Shown piece after piece: positions 1-7,987 of a DNA stretch of 28,503 nucleotides. Both the position numbers and the translations under genes were made by a program. Below the pieces are notes generated by a model that had not been told where the DNA came from, searched no databases, and was given only the letters and a program-made list of their open reading frames with translations. Source of the DNA: a virus; UHGV virus genome UHGV-0003692; one strand, given 5' to 3'. Within the stretch, counting starts at the first letter, position 1. The number at the start of each line of letters is the position of its first letter.

Positions 1-90
1 TCACTCTGCCAGATGGCGCAATGCCATCTGGTATCACTTAAAGGTATTAAAAACAACTTTTTGTCTTTTTACCTTCCCGTTTCGCTCAAG
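1..90. other. Host chromosomal flank (B' side of a lambda-type attB)
   Basis: Sequence directly abutting the att core on the side away from phage genes; minus-strand reading after the core is CTTGAGCGAAACGGGAAGG..., which matches my recollection of the E. coli attB B' arm. Contains a 9-bp inverted repeat at 8-33. Confidence 0.55.
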
Positions 91-105
91 TTAGTATAAA
101 AAAGC
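91..105 (-). mobile_element. attR: Prophage attachment site attR core (lambda-type 15-bp core)
   Basis: Plus strand TTAGTATAAAAAAGC is the reverse complement of GCTTTTTTATACTAA; phage-type P-arm sequence on the high-coordinate side and host-like sequence on the other gives POB'. Confidence 0.75.
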
Positions 106-251
106 TGAACGCGAAACATTAAAAACCATTAATATCAATGTGTTACAATATATTTAGTCTAAAAAATAGACTACATAATGCTACAAAACACAACATATCC
201 AGTCACTATGAATCAACTACTTAGATAGTATTAGTGACCTGAGACAGAGCA
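106..251 (-). promoter_or_regulatory. att P arm (Int arm-type, IHF and Xis site region)
   Basis: AT-rich, non-coding; minus-strand reading closely resembles the lambda attP P arm as recalled (AGGTCACTAATAC...TCTAAGTAGTTGATTCATAGTGACTG...). Individual protein sites not mapped. Confidence 0.55.
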
Positions 252-291
252 TTAGCGCAAGGTGATTTTTGTCTTCTTGCGCTAATTTTTT
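252..291 (+). terminator. sib/tI-like intrinsic terminator
   Basis: Perfect 10-bp inverted repeat TTAGCGCAAG (252-261) / CTTGCGCTAA (276-285), 14-nt loop, then TTTTTT (286-291) on the plus strand; position just beyond the P arm matches the lambda sib retroregulation site. Confidence 0.6.
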
Positions 292-383
292 GTTATCAAA
301 CATGTCGCACTCCAGAGAAGCACAAAGCCTTGCAATACAGTGCAAAGCTTTGTGCGTATCAGTTTTGTCCTGTGCGCCGGATG

Positions 384-830
384 TCATCTGGCCTGAACTG
401 CCGGAGGAGTAGGCCATTCAATATCTGGCGCACTGGAAGTATCGACCAGTTCCAGTGCGTCCAGATAATCCAGCCACAAATTATATTGCGCCAGTTCCTC
501 ACCTTTCAGACGACCAATAGCGGCTTTACCGGGCCACTGCTTACTATTGATATAATAGTTAGCCTGCTCAATACGGGACCTTTTTTCGGCGTCAGCAGTT
601 CTAACAAGTTCTTCGTGAGTCGGTTTAGGTTCATCTACCCATTCAGGGAAGCCATCATTCCCTGCTGCACGTATCTTGCCATCCGGTGCATTTTCTGCTT
701 TCCAGGAGATAAATCCGTCCTCATCAAAATCGACTCCCTCATCAGGCCATTGCCCGCTTGCCAGGTAGCTATCCTTAAGGGAGTAAGGGAAAAATTCGTT
801 TGTAACTGCTGAGTATCTGTATTTGGTCAT
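384..830 (-). CDS. Tail fibre assembly protein (Tfa-like chaperone)
   Basis: 148-aa ORF immediately downstream of the tail-fibre gene; translation reads like Tfa family proteins (W/P-rich C-terminal part). ATG at 830. Confidence 0.65.
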   Translation of the reverse strand: MTKYRYSAVTNEFFPYSLKDSYLASGQWPDEGVDFDEDGFISWKAENAPDGKIRAAGNDGFPEWVDEPKPTHEELVRTADAEKRSRIEQANYYINSKQWPGKAAIGRLKGEELAQYNLWLDYLDALELVDTSSAPDIEWPTPPAVQAR

Positions 831-850
831 ATTTATTTCCCTATGGCTAT

Positions 851-1522
851 CTAGGCAATTTCTGCTCCTGGAGTGCTCCAGTTGGCAATTCGGATTGTTG
901 AAAGATCAGCTGACGACACGCCAACTGGTTTTGAAGGTGAGGGGTCTGAACTCCAGAACGAAGCAAGAACAATATAGCCTGCGGTAGTAAAAGGGATTGG
1001 CAGCGTCCTTACCGCAATCTGTCCTGCCGCCATGGTTGTCCTCCCGCTCTGAATAATTGTCCCGTCTGGAAACTTTGCCCACCCACTACCACTGGTCCAT
1101 GCAGACATGTCTGGTAGTTGGTTAGCACCTGTTCCGACATCTCGTTTCGCCGCTTCGCCCAAACCAAGATTTGAGAGAGCCGTTTGCACAGTGCCATCCG
1201 ATTTGATATCGCCAAACGGATTCTTGCGGCTCAGGTATTCAACAGCAAACCCCGATCCCAGCAATTCAACAAAACCGGGCAGATCACCATTATCAAGCAC
1301 ATCCCGTTGAGTTTTATCACTTACAAACTGGGCCAGAGCTGCAGCAATAAAGCTGGCCTGCCGAATAACCTTATTGACTTGCGCACTGGAGGCTTTCCCT
1401 GCTGTAAATCCGGATAAAAGCGCAGGCAACGCTTCCCATTCCTCCTGCGACATAACATTGGCATTTCGATCCGTTGCAAACGCTTTAAAGTCATTTTTCG
1501 CCATCAGAGTAATACTCCCCAT
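851..1522 (-). CDS. Tail fibre protein
   Basis: 223-aa ORF between a baseplate-associated gene and tfa; Gly/Ser/Ala/Thr-rich. ATG at 1522; an alternative ATG at 1504 overlaps the upstream stop by 1 nt. Confidence 0.5.
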   Translation of the reverse strand: MGSITLMAKNDFKAFATDRNANVMSQEEWEALPALLSGFTAGKASSAQVNKVIRQASFIAAALAQFVSDKTQRDVLDNGDLPGFVELLGSGFAVEYLSRKNPFGDIKSDGTVQTALSNLGLGEAAKRDVGTGANQLPDMSAWTSGSGWAKFPDGTIIQSGRTTMAAGQIAVRTLPIPFTTAGYIVLASFWSSDPSPSKPVGVSSADLSTIRIANWSTPGAEIA

Positions 1523-2184
1523 GCTCCTACATCAAAACCACTGATGAATTCGTTATCCATATCAAAACCAAAAAATTTTGAGCCTTCCGATGGGGCTTCC
1601 ACCGAAGGTGTTTCAATGCCGCCCGCCAACACACCGGCGGCTTTTACTGTGAGATATCCCTGTTTAATTGCAGCAATTAACTCACGCGATACATCTGAAA
1701 TATCATTATCGGGAAAGACCCAGACCGATATCGTCATGTCCTGGTTATCGACTATCTGCATTCGCAGCCCGGATCCTGCTGTTGCAGCGTCAAGAATTGC
1801 CGGAAGCGAATCATTCCGTCCGTCCCAGTTATTAATCGCAATCTTCGCTTTAAGGATGACACGATAAGTTTCATCGCTGAGGTACATGTATCCGGAATCA
1901 GGATCGTATGGCCCCTGCCATACACCCTGATCATATCCAAGCCCGTCGGCATCCCAGCTGAAATAGACACCTGAAATAGGCTGGCTGACAACACGGCTAC
2001 GTCCGATCCACAATCCCAGAATGTCAAGTTGCACACCAACCGCAGAGTCAATATCAAATGCAGTAATCAGCCCTCTGGTGGCAGCCGCAACATCAATAAG
2101 CGGTCGGGTCATCAGATCAACATGTGCAAGAAATTTAGGTTTGGTGGCGTGGTAGTTTGTGATTAGTTCGGTGTATTTGCTCAT
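1504..2184 (-). CDS. Baseplate/tail protein (P2 gpI / Mu gp48-like position)
   Basis: 226-aa ORF directly after the baseplate J-like gene with ATGA start/stop overlap at 2181-2184; assignment by synteny. Confidence 0.45.
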   Translation of the reverse strand: MSKYTELITNYHATKPKFLAHVDLMTRPLIDVAAATRGLITAFDIDSAVGVQLDILGLWIGRSRVVSQPISGVYFSWDADGLGYDQGVWQGPYDPDSGYMYLSDETYRVILKAKIAINNWDGRNDSLPAILDAATAGSGLRMQIVDNQDMTISVWVFPDNDISDVSRELIAAIKQGYLTVKAAGVLAGGIETPSVEAPSEGSKFFGFDMDNEFISGFDVGAWGVLL

Positions 2185-3380
2185 GACTCCACCGTTATAA
2201 CGATATTTTCCGGGGTACAGGACGCAGATTCGTTGTATCTGATATCAATGTTTGATGACGACAAAGCCCCCGGGGATTTCCCAATCGTCAGTTCCTGAAT
2301 ATCGTAATAGCGTGCATTCCCGCCACTCACCACGCCAAGATTCGCCGGTGAGTAAATGCGACTTAAAAGGACCGAATCACCAATCATCAGACTATTGATA
2401 TAGTCGGAAATAGCCTGCTGGATCTGCTGCCCTATCTGTGAGGTATAACCCGTAAAAACTTTTAATTTAATCCGGGCATAAACAGGTACATCACTGGAAC
2501 GCGAGAATTTGATTACATGGGGATTGCCGTATTTATCCGGAACCGTAACGGATGTTGTACCGTGAGTGGCTGTCCCCTGGCCTTTATTCCCTCTGATAGC
2601 CTGAGCAATATCCGTCACATCACCGCCATCCACAATTACAGCAACAGAGTGTGGCGGTAACCCGTTACCGTCCTCCGAACCAGTATCGTTTTCATAGAGT
2701 TTGTGGCGGGTTACACCGGTAACATTAGAAACGGCACCATCCAGTGCTTCAAATGGGGTTATTGATGGCAACGCAACACTTTGCGACTGGCGGATACGTA
2801 ACTCCGCATCAGTTTCTGCTGGAGTGCCTACAGTAGCTGCAGCAGGATTGGTTACCGAAACCCAGCCACGGGTTGGCGTATTAATTTCAGTGATAGTTCC
2901 AGCCAGCGCCGCCACTGCACCACTGACGGAACATGTTGCGGTCACCATCACTGTACCATCCACGCCGACCACCACTGAAGCAGGCAAACGCCATATCACA
3001 TTATTACTGTCTTTCACGCTGCCATTAATGATGGTTGTTCCGGCAGTTCCTGTAAGAAGCAAATCAACCGTAGAGTTCGTCGCGCCTTTACGTGAAATAC
3101 CATTTATTTTCACGTTACTGGTCAGTGCAGCCCCATAGCCGGTTGCCGGTGAAAAACAGTTGTAGACAGTTATCGCCGTATTATTGGCATCATGAATCGC
3201 CAGCGCCATCAGAGCCACCATCTGGCCGTCTTTGCTGTCCGGTTCGAGGTAGGCATCACTGCCATAAATCTGCTGAAAATAGCTAATCAGGGTGCTGAGT
3301 ATCGTCTGATAATCAGGCGCACTGATCCCCTCCGCGGTTACCTTTGCAGATAAACCGAGAGAATCAAGGTTCAGAGCCAT
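2181..3380 (-). CDS. Baseplate protein J-like
   Basis: 399-aa ORF in conserved V-W-J order of contractile-tail baseplate modules; size and position fit gpJ/Mu gp47. Confidence 0.55.
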   Translation of the reverse strand: MALNLDSLGLSAKVTAEGISAPDYQTILSTLISYFQQIYGSDAYLEPDSKDGQMVALMALAIHDANNTAITVYNCFSPATGYGAALTSNVKINGISRKGATNSTVDLLLTGTAGTTIINGSVKDSNNVIWRLPASVVVGVDGTVMVTATCSVSGAVAALAGTITEINTPTRGWVSVTNPAAATVGTPAETDAELRIRQSQSVALPSITPFEALDGAVSNVTGVTRHKLYENDTGSEDGNGLPPHSVAVIVDGGDVTDIAQAIRGNKGQGTATHGTTSVTVPDKYGNPHVIKFSRSSDVPVYARIKLKVFTGYTSQIGQQIQQAISDYINSLMIGDSVLLSRIYSPANLGVVSGGNARYYDIQELTIGKSPGALSSSNIDIRYNESASCTPENIVITVES

Positions 3381-3733
3381 TACGCCTCCGATGTAACAGT
3401 CGTTATTCCATAAAGAGTGTCGATTTCAGCGGAAAACATGACACGTCGGGTCGTGGTATCCACCGTCGTATTGAAAGAGAGGATTGATTTAACGCCCCGC
3501 GTTTCGAGGATGCGCTTACGGATCGCCAGGTTGTAGGTTTCCGGCTTCTGCTTACCGAGTACGGACTGGATCCACGGAGTCCCTTCGGTGGTATCGAGAA
3601 ACCATTGCCCATACCACAATTCGAATCGCGTTTTTACCGCCTGCGCCACGGCCTCCGGTGAGTTAATCAGCCAGGTGTCATCACCGCTGCCAAAGGTATA
3701 ATCGCCATCGGCGTCTTCACGTCTGTATCGCAT
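3380..3733 (-). CDS. Baseplate wedge protein (gpW/gp25-like position)
   Basis: 117-aa ORF between spike (V-like) and J-like genes, 1-nt start/stop overlaps on both sides. Confidence 0.45.
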   Translation of the reverse strand: MRYRREDADGDYTFGSGDDTWLINSPEAVAQAVKTRFELWYGQWFLDTTEGTPWIQSVLGKQKPETYNLAIRKRILETRGVKSILSFNTTVDTTTRRVMFSAEIDTLYGITTVTSEA

Positions 3734-4488
3734 CAGTTAGGCGCTCCTGTGTTACCGCCGCCGGTCTGTACTCCGCCGTGCGTGTGCGTCATCAGGCTCT
3801 TACCACCAGCTTTTACATCGTTAGTCACCGTGACAGGGCCAAGCATCGTCGCGGTGCCGCCGCTTTCGCCCATCCCCTGAGAGAGATTCCCGTTTATTGT
3901 CACGTTGCCGTTTAGCGTGATGGTGGGTGATGTGATCGTGGTTCCTCCTTCTGCTGTCGCCGTCAGCGCGCCGGGGGTTTTAACCGTGATGTTATGGCCT
4001 GCGGCAACTTCCACAAACGCAGCGCCATCATCAGTACGCAGTTGCGCGGCGCTGGTGCTGATTCCGCTGATTTTCTGCGCCTGAGACTGCGGACCGACGA
4101 TACAGAACGCATCCGATAAATCATGCATTCTGTCATCGACCGGTTCCTGTATTCCGCCGCTCTGCCACCAGAAATCAATACAACGATCGGCAAAAACAAC
4201 AAGACACTCATCCCCGGCTTTAATCGGAAACGTTAGCGTACATCCTCCGCCACGTGGGAATACCACTGGAACATCCACCAACAATGGGTAATTTTTGGTA
4301 ATGCGGTTGCCGTCATTATCCTTTTCAACCGAACGGATAGCAGGCTGCACAACCGCCGTCACCGCATCAGGATCGAATGACTGAATAATGCCAGGCAAGG
4401 CGACACGGATCTGATTCTTTGTTGTTTCCCGTTCAGATTTGAATGTTTCGGCAAGGTCGCCGCTGCGGGTCTGGTCAGATACTGCCAT
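3733..4488 (-). CDS. Baseplate spike / assembly protein V-like
   Basis: 251-aa ORF; Gly-rich C-terminus with ...MTHTHGGVQTGGGNTGAP typical of gpV-type spikes; ATG at 4488. Confidence 0.6.
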   Translation of the reverse strand: MAVSDQTRSGDLAETFKSERETTKNQIRVALPGIIQSFDPDAVTAVVQPAIRSVEKDNDGNRITKNYPLLVDVPVVFPRGGGCTLTFPIKAGDECLVVFADRCIDFWWQSGGIQEPVDDRMHDLSDAFCIVGPQSQAQKISGISTSAAQLRTDDGAAFVEVAAGHNITVKTPGALTATAEGGTTITSPTITLNGNVTINGNLSQGMGESGGTATMLGPVTVTNDVKAGGKSLMTHTHGGVQTGGGNTGAPN

Positions 4489-4507
4489 TTAGTAGGCTCC
4501 AGAAAGC

Positions 4508-4532
4508 AAAAAACCCGCCGGGTGGCGGGTTT
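4508..4532 (-). terminator. Intrinsic terminator closing the moron cassette
   Basis: Minus strand reads AAACCCGCC-ACCC-GGCGGG followed by TTTTTT; GC-rich stem with U-tract, overlapping the stop of the upstream gene. Confidence 0.7.
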
Positions 4533-4947
4533 ATGAATCGTAGGTTTTCAATTTTTCGAGTTCATCAGGAGGAAGTTCTATGAAGGTTTCCTCTGCTAAT
4601 TTTATCAGCCGGGGAAGCATCGAATCAGCTTGCTGATGAGCGTTTGGGCTGATGATTGCCAATATCTGATAGTGTTCATCGATATAAAGATGCTGAGCAT
4701 ATACCAAAAAATTATCACATGTCCGTTCACTCAGAGATGCTTCTGGAGGCCAGGGTTTATCGCCAGGTAGCTTTAAGTGAATTTTCCTGATGTTGGCAGC
4801 CATCGCATCATAGTTACGTTCAAAACCGCCTAACGAACCAAAACACCAGAACTGGGAACCCTTTGAAATATAATCGGCAAGCATTTGAGCATACTTATGT
4901 GCTGCAGCTAAATGACGCAATTCTCCCGTGATACTGACTTTTGCCAT
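4531..4947 (-). CDS. YafO-family toxin-like protein (putative type II toxin, mRNA interferase family)
   Basis: 138-aa ORF, ATG at 4947, 1 nt after the upstream stop. Shares motifs along its length with E. coli YafO as I recall it (ADYIS vs ADFISY; IHL...P.PP; LVYAQ...DE...ILAII.P..H vs LVYCQ...DE...LIAIL.P..H). Gene region visibly AT-richer than flanking tail genes. Confidence 0.55.
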   Translation of the reverse strand: MAKVSITGELRHLAAAHKYAQMLADYISKGSQFWCFGSLGGFERNYDAMAANIRKIHLKLPGDKPWPPEASLSERTCDNFLVYAQHLYIDEHYQILAIISPNAHQQADSMLPRLIKLAEETFIELPPDELEKLKTYDS

Positions 4948-4948
4948 G

Positions 4949-5521
4949 TCACATCCATTTAGGGGCGTTGGCTCCCAGCATCTTATGCGATGTTGAGATC
5001 AGTTCAATAGCCTCTTCACGGGTAACATTATCTGACAAGAGCTCAGCCTGGAAAGGCTGCGATTGCCTAACTTCAGCGGCCAACTGAGTTGCAGTGTTCT
5101 CGACGGCGGTCAACGCACGAACATATTTGCGTTTTAATGGGCGCAACATTTGCAGATGGCCTTGCCACATAGGGGACCTTTCCGCTTCAGAGAACATATC
5201 CACTAAATGTCCTTTAGCATTTCGGCATGCCTTGGCAAGACCTTCGAGATGGGATAAAAACTCTTCCGGAAGCTCATCAACAATGATTCTCCCATTTCGA
5301 AAAGCTTCGAGATGAGACATGCCTTCCTTCGCGGTATTTTCGATTTCTTGAGCGCGTGCAGCAATCGCGGTACAACGACGAAATACCTCTTCAGCATCTA
5401 ATCGTTGTGGCAGTTCACAAGCATTAGAGATCAGGGGTTTGAAAGCACCGTTAACAGCTTCCTGAACCTGATTCATTTGTTGTGTAATTGTTGCCAGCGC
5501 AAATGCGTAGCTAATCGCCAT
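4949..5521 (-). CDS. Hypothetical protein, putative partner/antitoxin of the YafO-like gene
   Basis: Track ORF begins with TTG at 5527; first ATG at 5521 is preceded by GAGGG at good spacing (190 aa from ATG). Predicted helical, no family recognised; stop is 1 nt before the downstream ATG. Confidence 0.5.
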   Translation of the reverse strand: MAISYAFALATITQQMNQVQEAVNGAFKPLISNACELPQRLDAEEVFRRCTAIAARAQEIENTAKEGMSHLEAFRNGRIIVDELPEEFLSHLEGLAKACRNAKGHLVDMFSEAERSPMWQGHLQMLRPLKRKYVRALTAVENTATQLAAEVRQSQPFQAELLSDNVTREEAIELISTSHKMLGANAPKWM

Positions 5522-5534
5522 ACCCAATCCCTCT

Positions 5535-5613
5535 GTCGTTTTAAACGACTATACACCACTTATTCAAAGTTAGCTGAGCGCTAAAAGTTCGCAAAGTTTA
5601 GTGATCATGCAAC
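5535..5613 (-). promoter_or_regulatory. Candidate promoter and palindromic operator for the two-gene cassette
   Basis: In a 162-bp AT-rich gap: minus-strand TTGCTA (5608-5613), 17-bp spacer, TAAACT (5585-5590); 15-bp palindrome GTCGTTT-A-AAACGAC at 5535-5549 just upstream of the ribosome-binding site; three AACTTT direct repeats. Confidence 0.35.
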
Positions 5614-5689
5614 CACCTAGCAAGCGATAAAAAATCATTATTTAGTGAATGTGAACAAACTCAACACTATGCAGAAATGTAACTTTTGG

Positions 5690-6031
5690 TTAACCATCAA
5701 CCTTTTTACACGGGAAGGAGCCGATGATTTTCGGCGCATCCATGCTGTTCTGCAGCAGTTGCACATTCAGGAATCGCGTTTCGGTACCAGGGCGACGAAT
5801 GTATTCAAACCCATAGTTGTTGCCATCTTTAGCAGGCATCAGTCCCATATCTATCTTAATGCCATCAGCACCAAGATTTGTAATTTTCTGCGATGTGACG
5901 CGCTCACCGTTAATCATGTCCATTTCACCCAACCTTGCAGTGATGGTGTAAGGCCCACAATAAGCGGTGTACCCGCTTGCTGATGCCCCAAATGACATAA
6001 AGGCAACAATTAAAATGGCTAAGGCTTTCAA
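5690..6031 (-). CDS. Small secreted protein with N-terminal signal peptide (moron)
   Basis: 113-aa ORF; N-terminus MKALAILIVAFMSFGASA then SG (signal-peptidase I-like). Start is TTG at 6031, preceded by GGGGG ribosome-binding site; no in-frame ATG preserves the signal peptide. Begins 2 nt after the upstream baseplate gene. Confidence 0.5.
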   Translation of the reverse strand: MKALAILIVAFMSFGASASGYTAYCGPYTITARLGEMDMINGERVTSQKITNLGADGIKIDMGLMPAKDGNNYGFEYIRRPGTETRFLNVQLLQNSMDAPKIIGSFPCKKVDG

Positions 6032-6033
6032 AT

Positions 6034-7095
6034 TTACCCCCGATTAAGCGAGTCCTGCGTGCGGAGATCCGCCGCGCCACGCGCTTCGCACATCATATCC
6101 ATGTACCACGCCTGGCCCCTTGTGTCGCCAGTGTACATAATCCCGCGCACAATATAAACGCCATCCGTTGCGATGCTGGCAGGCTGCGCCGTGGTGCCGC
6201 TGAGCGTGATATTTCCGTCTGTGTTCTGGTCGGTGATCTGCCCACCAGCCATCGCGATATCATTGTTCGACAGCGCGGTGCGGTACACGGAAGCCTGATC
6301 CAGCTGAATAAGCCCGTTAACCCGGATGTTCGGATTAATAAGAGCGCGGACGTTTACGCCGTTACCGATAGTCTGCTGCGGCATGCCGATAAGCCCGGTG
6401 GCGCTGTTGAGCACAATCGCGTCGTGAACATACTCGTTATTCGCCACCATCTGGCGCTGACCGTCCACAAATTGCCATGTTGCGCCACATTGTCCGGCCA
6501 CGTTATCCATAAGATGCCGTGTCATGCCGAACAGCACCCGCCCTCGAGGGTATACGGTAGCAGGCATTTCAGGCGTCAGTCCTTCGGTCGCGCCTTTGGC
6601 CTCAAAGTCTTTCATCAGCGCACGGTTCACATCTGCGACTGTGTAACCGGCAGCCAGCGTCTGTGAGGTTATACTGGTGGCAAATGCCAGATCAGTATCT
6701 GCTGCCTGAATCAGGACGTAGGTATCAACCGGACTGTCTTTTCCTGTGACCGAGTAGCGAATTTCTCCGCTGAAAATCAGCCCGTAGTTGCGGCCATCAC
6801 TCTGGCCCACGTCCGCCGCGTCAACTTCCCGCACAGTCCCGACGTCGCTTGCTGCCACCTCCGGCGCGATACCGTCGTAACCGGCAATCAGCCGCACTTT
6901 CGAAAACTCCTGCCCGGTAATTCGGTTCACAGTATCTGCCGAAAGGTTATAAATTTTGATAGTCCCTACCCGGGACGCGCTGCTGATGTTGAACCAGTCG
7001 ATCGTAAAGGTGACTTTGAAATCACTTAGCTCAATTCCCTTACCGTTCCCGTCCACAAGCTGCAGCTCGAAATGTCTCATCCAGTTCTGTGACAT
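6034..7095 (-). CDS. Baseplate hub / tail protein (P2 gpD / Mu gp44-like position)
   Basis: 353-aa ORF downstream of tape measure and two small tail genes; ATG at 7095; assignment by synteny and size. Confidence 0.45.
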   Translation of the reverse strand: MSQNWMRHFELQLVDGNGKGIELSDFKVTFTIDWFNISSASRVGTIKIYNLSADTVNRITGQEFSKVRLIAGYDGIAPEVAASDVGTVREVDAADVGQSDGRNYGLIFSGEIRYSVTGKDSPVDTYVLIQAADTDLAFATSITSQTLAAGYTVADVNRALMKDFEAKGATEGLTPEMPATVYPRGRVLFGMTRHLMDNVAGQCGATWQFVDGQRQMVANNEYVHDAIVLNSATGLIGMPQQTIGNGVNVRALINPNIRVNGLIQLDQASVYRTALSNNDIAMAGGQITDQNTDGNITLSGTTAQPASIATDGVYIVRGIMYTGDTRGQAWYMDMMCEARGAADLRTQDSLNRG

Positions 7096-7097
7096 GC

Positions 7098-7400
7098 TTA
7101 CTCCGTTGATACCAGCAAATGACTGCGCCCGCCCAGGTCAGTTTTCGTGGGATAATCCTGTGTGTTGTCATCGCAGACCACCAACAGCTTAAAACCAAGT
7201 CCCATACAGGCGTACTGCGCCAGCAGATCAGCGCCAGTGACGAGAGGAATACCGGAGATTACCGGCTCTCCTCTGTCGTTCTGCAGGTCCATAATCCAGT
7301 AAGGATCGCGCCATATGATGCTAATCTGCCAAGTGACACCACCCAGGACGATGCTGAACTGCTGGTTGTCCGCTGTCAGCGGAATTTCCTGAATTGTCAT
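7098..7400 (-). CDS. Tail/baseplate-associated protein
   Basis: 100-aa ORF, ATG at 7400 overlapping the upstream stop by 1 nt; within the tail operon. Confidence 0.4.
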   Translation of the reverse strand: MTIQEIPLTADNQQFSIVLGGVTWQISIIWRDPYWIMDLQNDRGEPVISGIPLVTGADLLAQYACMGLGFKLLVVCDDNTQDYPTKTDLGGRSHLLVSTE

Positions 7401-7987
7401 TAGCCGCCTCCCAGTAATGACGCCACGTTACCAGTGATGCTTTTCAGCAGTGAAGTATCTGGAGGCTTTGTGGTTTTGTTGCCGCTGTTCTGTAGCGCCG
7501 ACGTGCTGGCCCCTTCCTTCATGTTGGTTTTATCCGCGACGGTGATCTGCTGTGTCCGGGAGATAAGGACCTCCCTCAGGGTGAGGACGGCGGACAGGAC
7601 GTTTTCGGTTGTCTTGTCCGTCGTCACTTCCAGCGCCCGGATCAACATGTTGCTGTACAGTCGTTTACCGGTTACCACATCGAAGGGGATACGGCTTTCC
7701 TGCAGATCCAGTAGCTCCTGATACGTCTGCTGAGGACTCAGGACGAGCAGGCTGGTAGCCGTCAGATTACTGGCAAAATCCAGCAATGCGCCGCCACCGG
7801 CGAAACCAACCTCCATCACCACTTCTGACGGTTTTTTATAGGCATGATCAGCGACAGCGGCCCCAACCTCTACCGGATGCTCTGTTATTTCAAGCATATC
7901 TGTATGCTTCTCTGAAATAACAACACTGGGAACAATCATTCCTATTTTTCTGCTCTGCTGATGAAAAAGTGTAGAGAGAATATCCAC
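7400..7987 (-). CDS. Tail protein (post-tape-measure, gpU-like position)
   Basis: 195-aa ORF; start is GTG at 7987 overlapping the tape-measure TAG stop, with purine-rich ribosome-binding site GGTGAGGGTGGG upstream. Confidence 0.4.
   Translation of the reverse strand: MDILSTLFHQQSRKIGMIVPSVVISEKHTDMLEITEHPVEVGAAVADHAYKKPSEVVMEVGFAGGGALLDFASNLTATSLLVLSPQQTYQELLDLQESRIPFDVVTGKRLYSNMLIRALEVTTDKTTENVLSAVLTLREVLISRTQQITVADKTNMKEGASTSALQNSGNKTTKPPDTSLLKSITGNVASLLGGG

Noticed and set aside
8-33. 9-bp inverted repeat GCCAGATGG...CCATCTGGC in the host flank
   Set aside because: No adjacent T-tract on either strand; likely part of host sequence with no assignable function from this window.
217-417. 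66-aa minus-strand ORF downstream of tfa (an internal ATG at 387 would make an ATGA overlap with the tfa stop)
   Set aside because: It lies across the att P arm and the sib/tI-like hairpin (252-291), which are better explained as regulatory DNA; the overlap is probably coincidental. Not excluded, but not supportable.
330-812. 160-aa plus-strand ORF
   Set aside because: Antisense shadow of the tail fibre assembly gene; no ribosome-binding site context and opposite to the uniform minus-strand operon.
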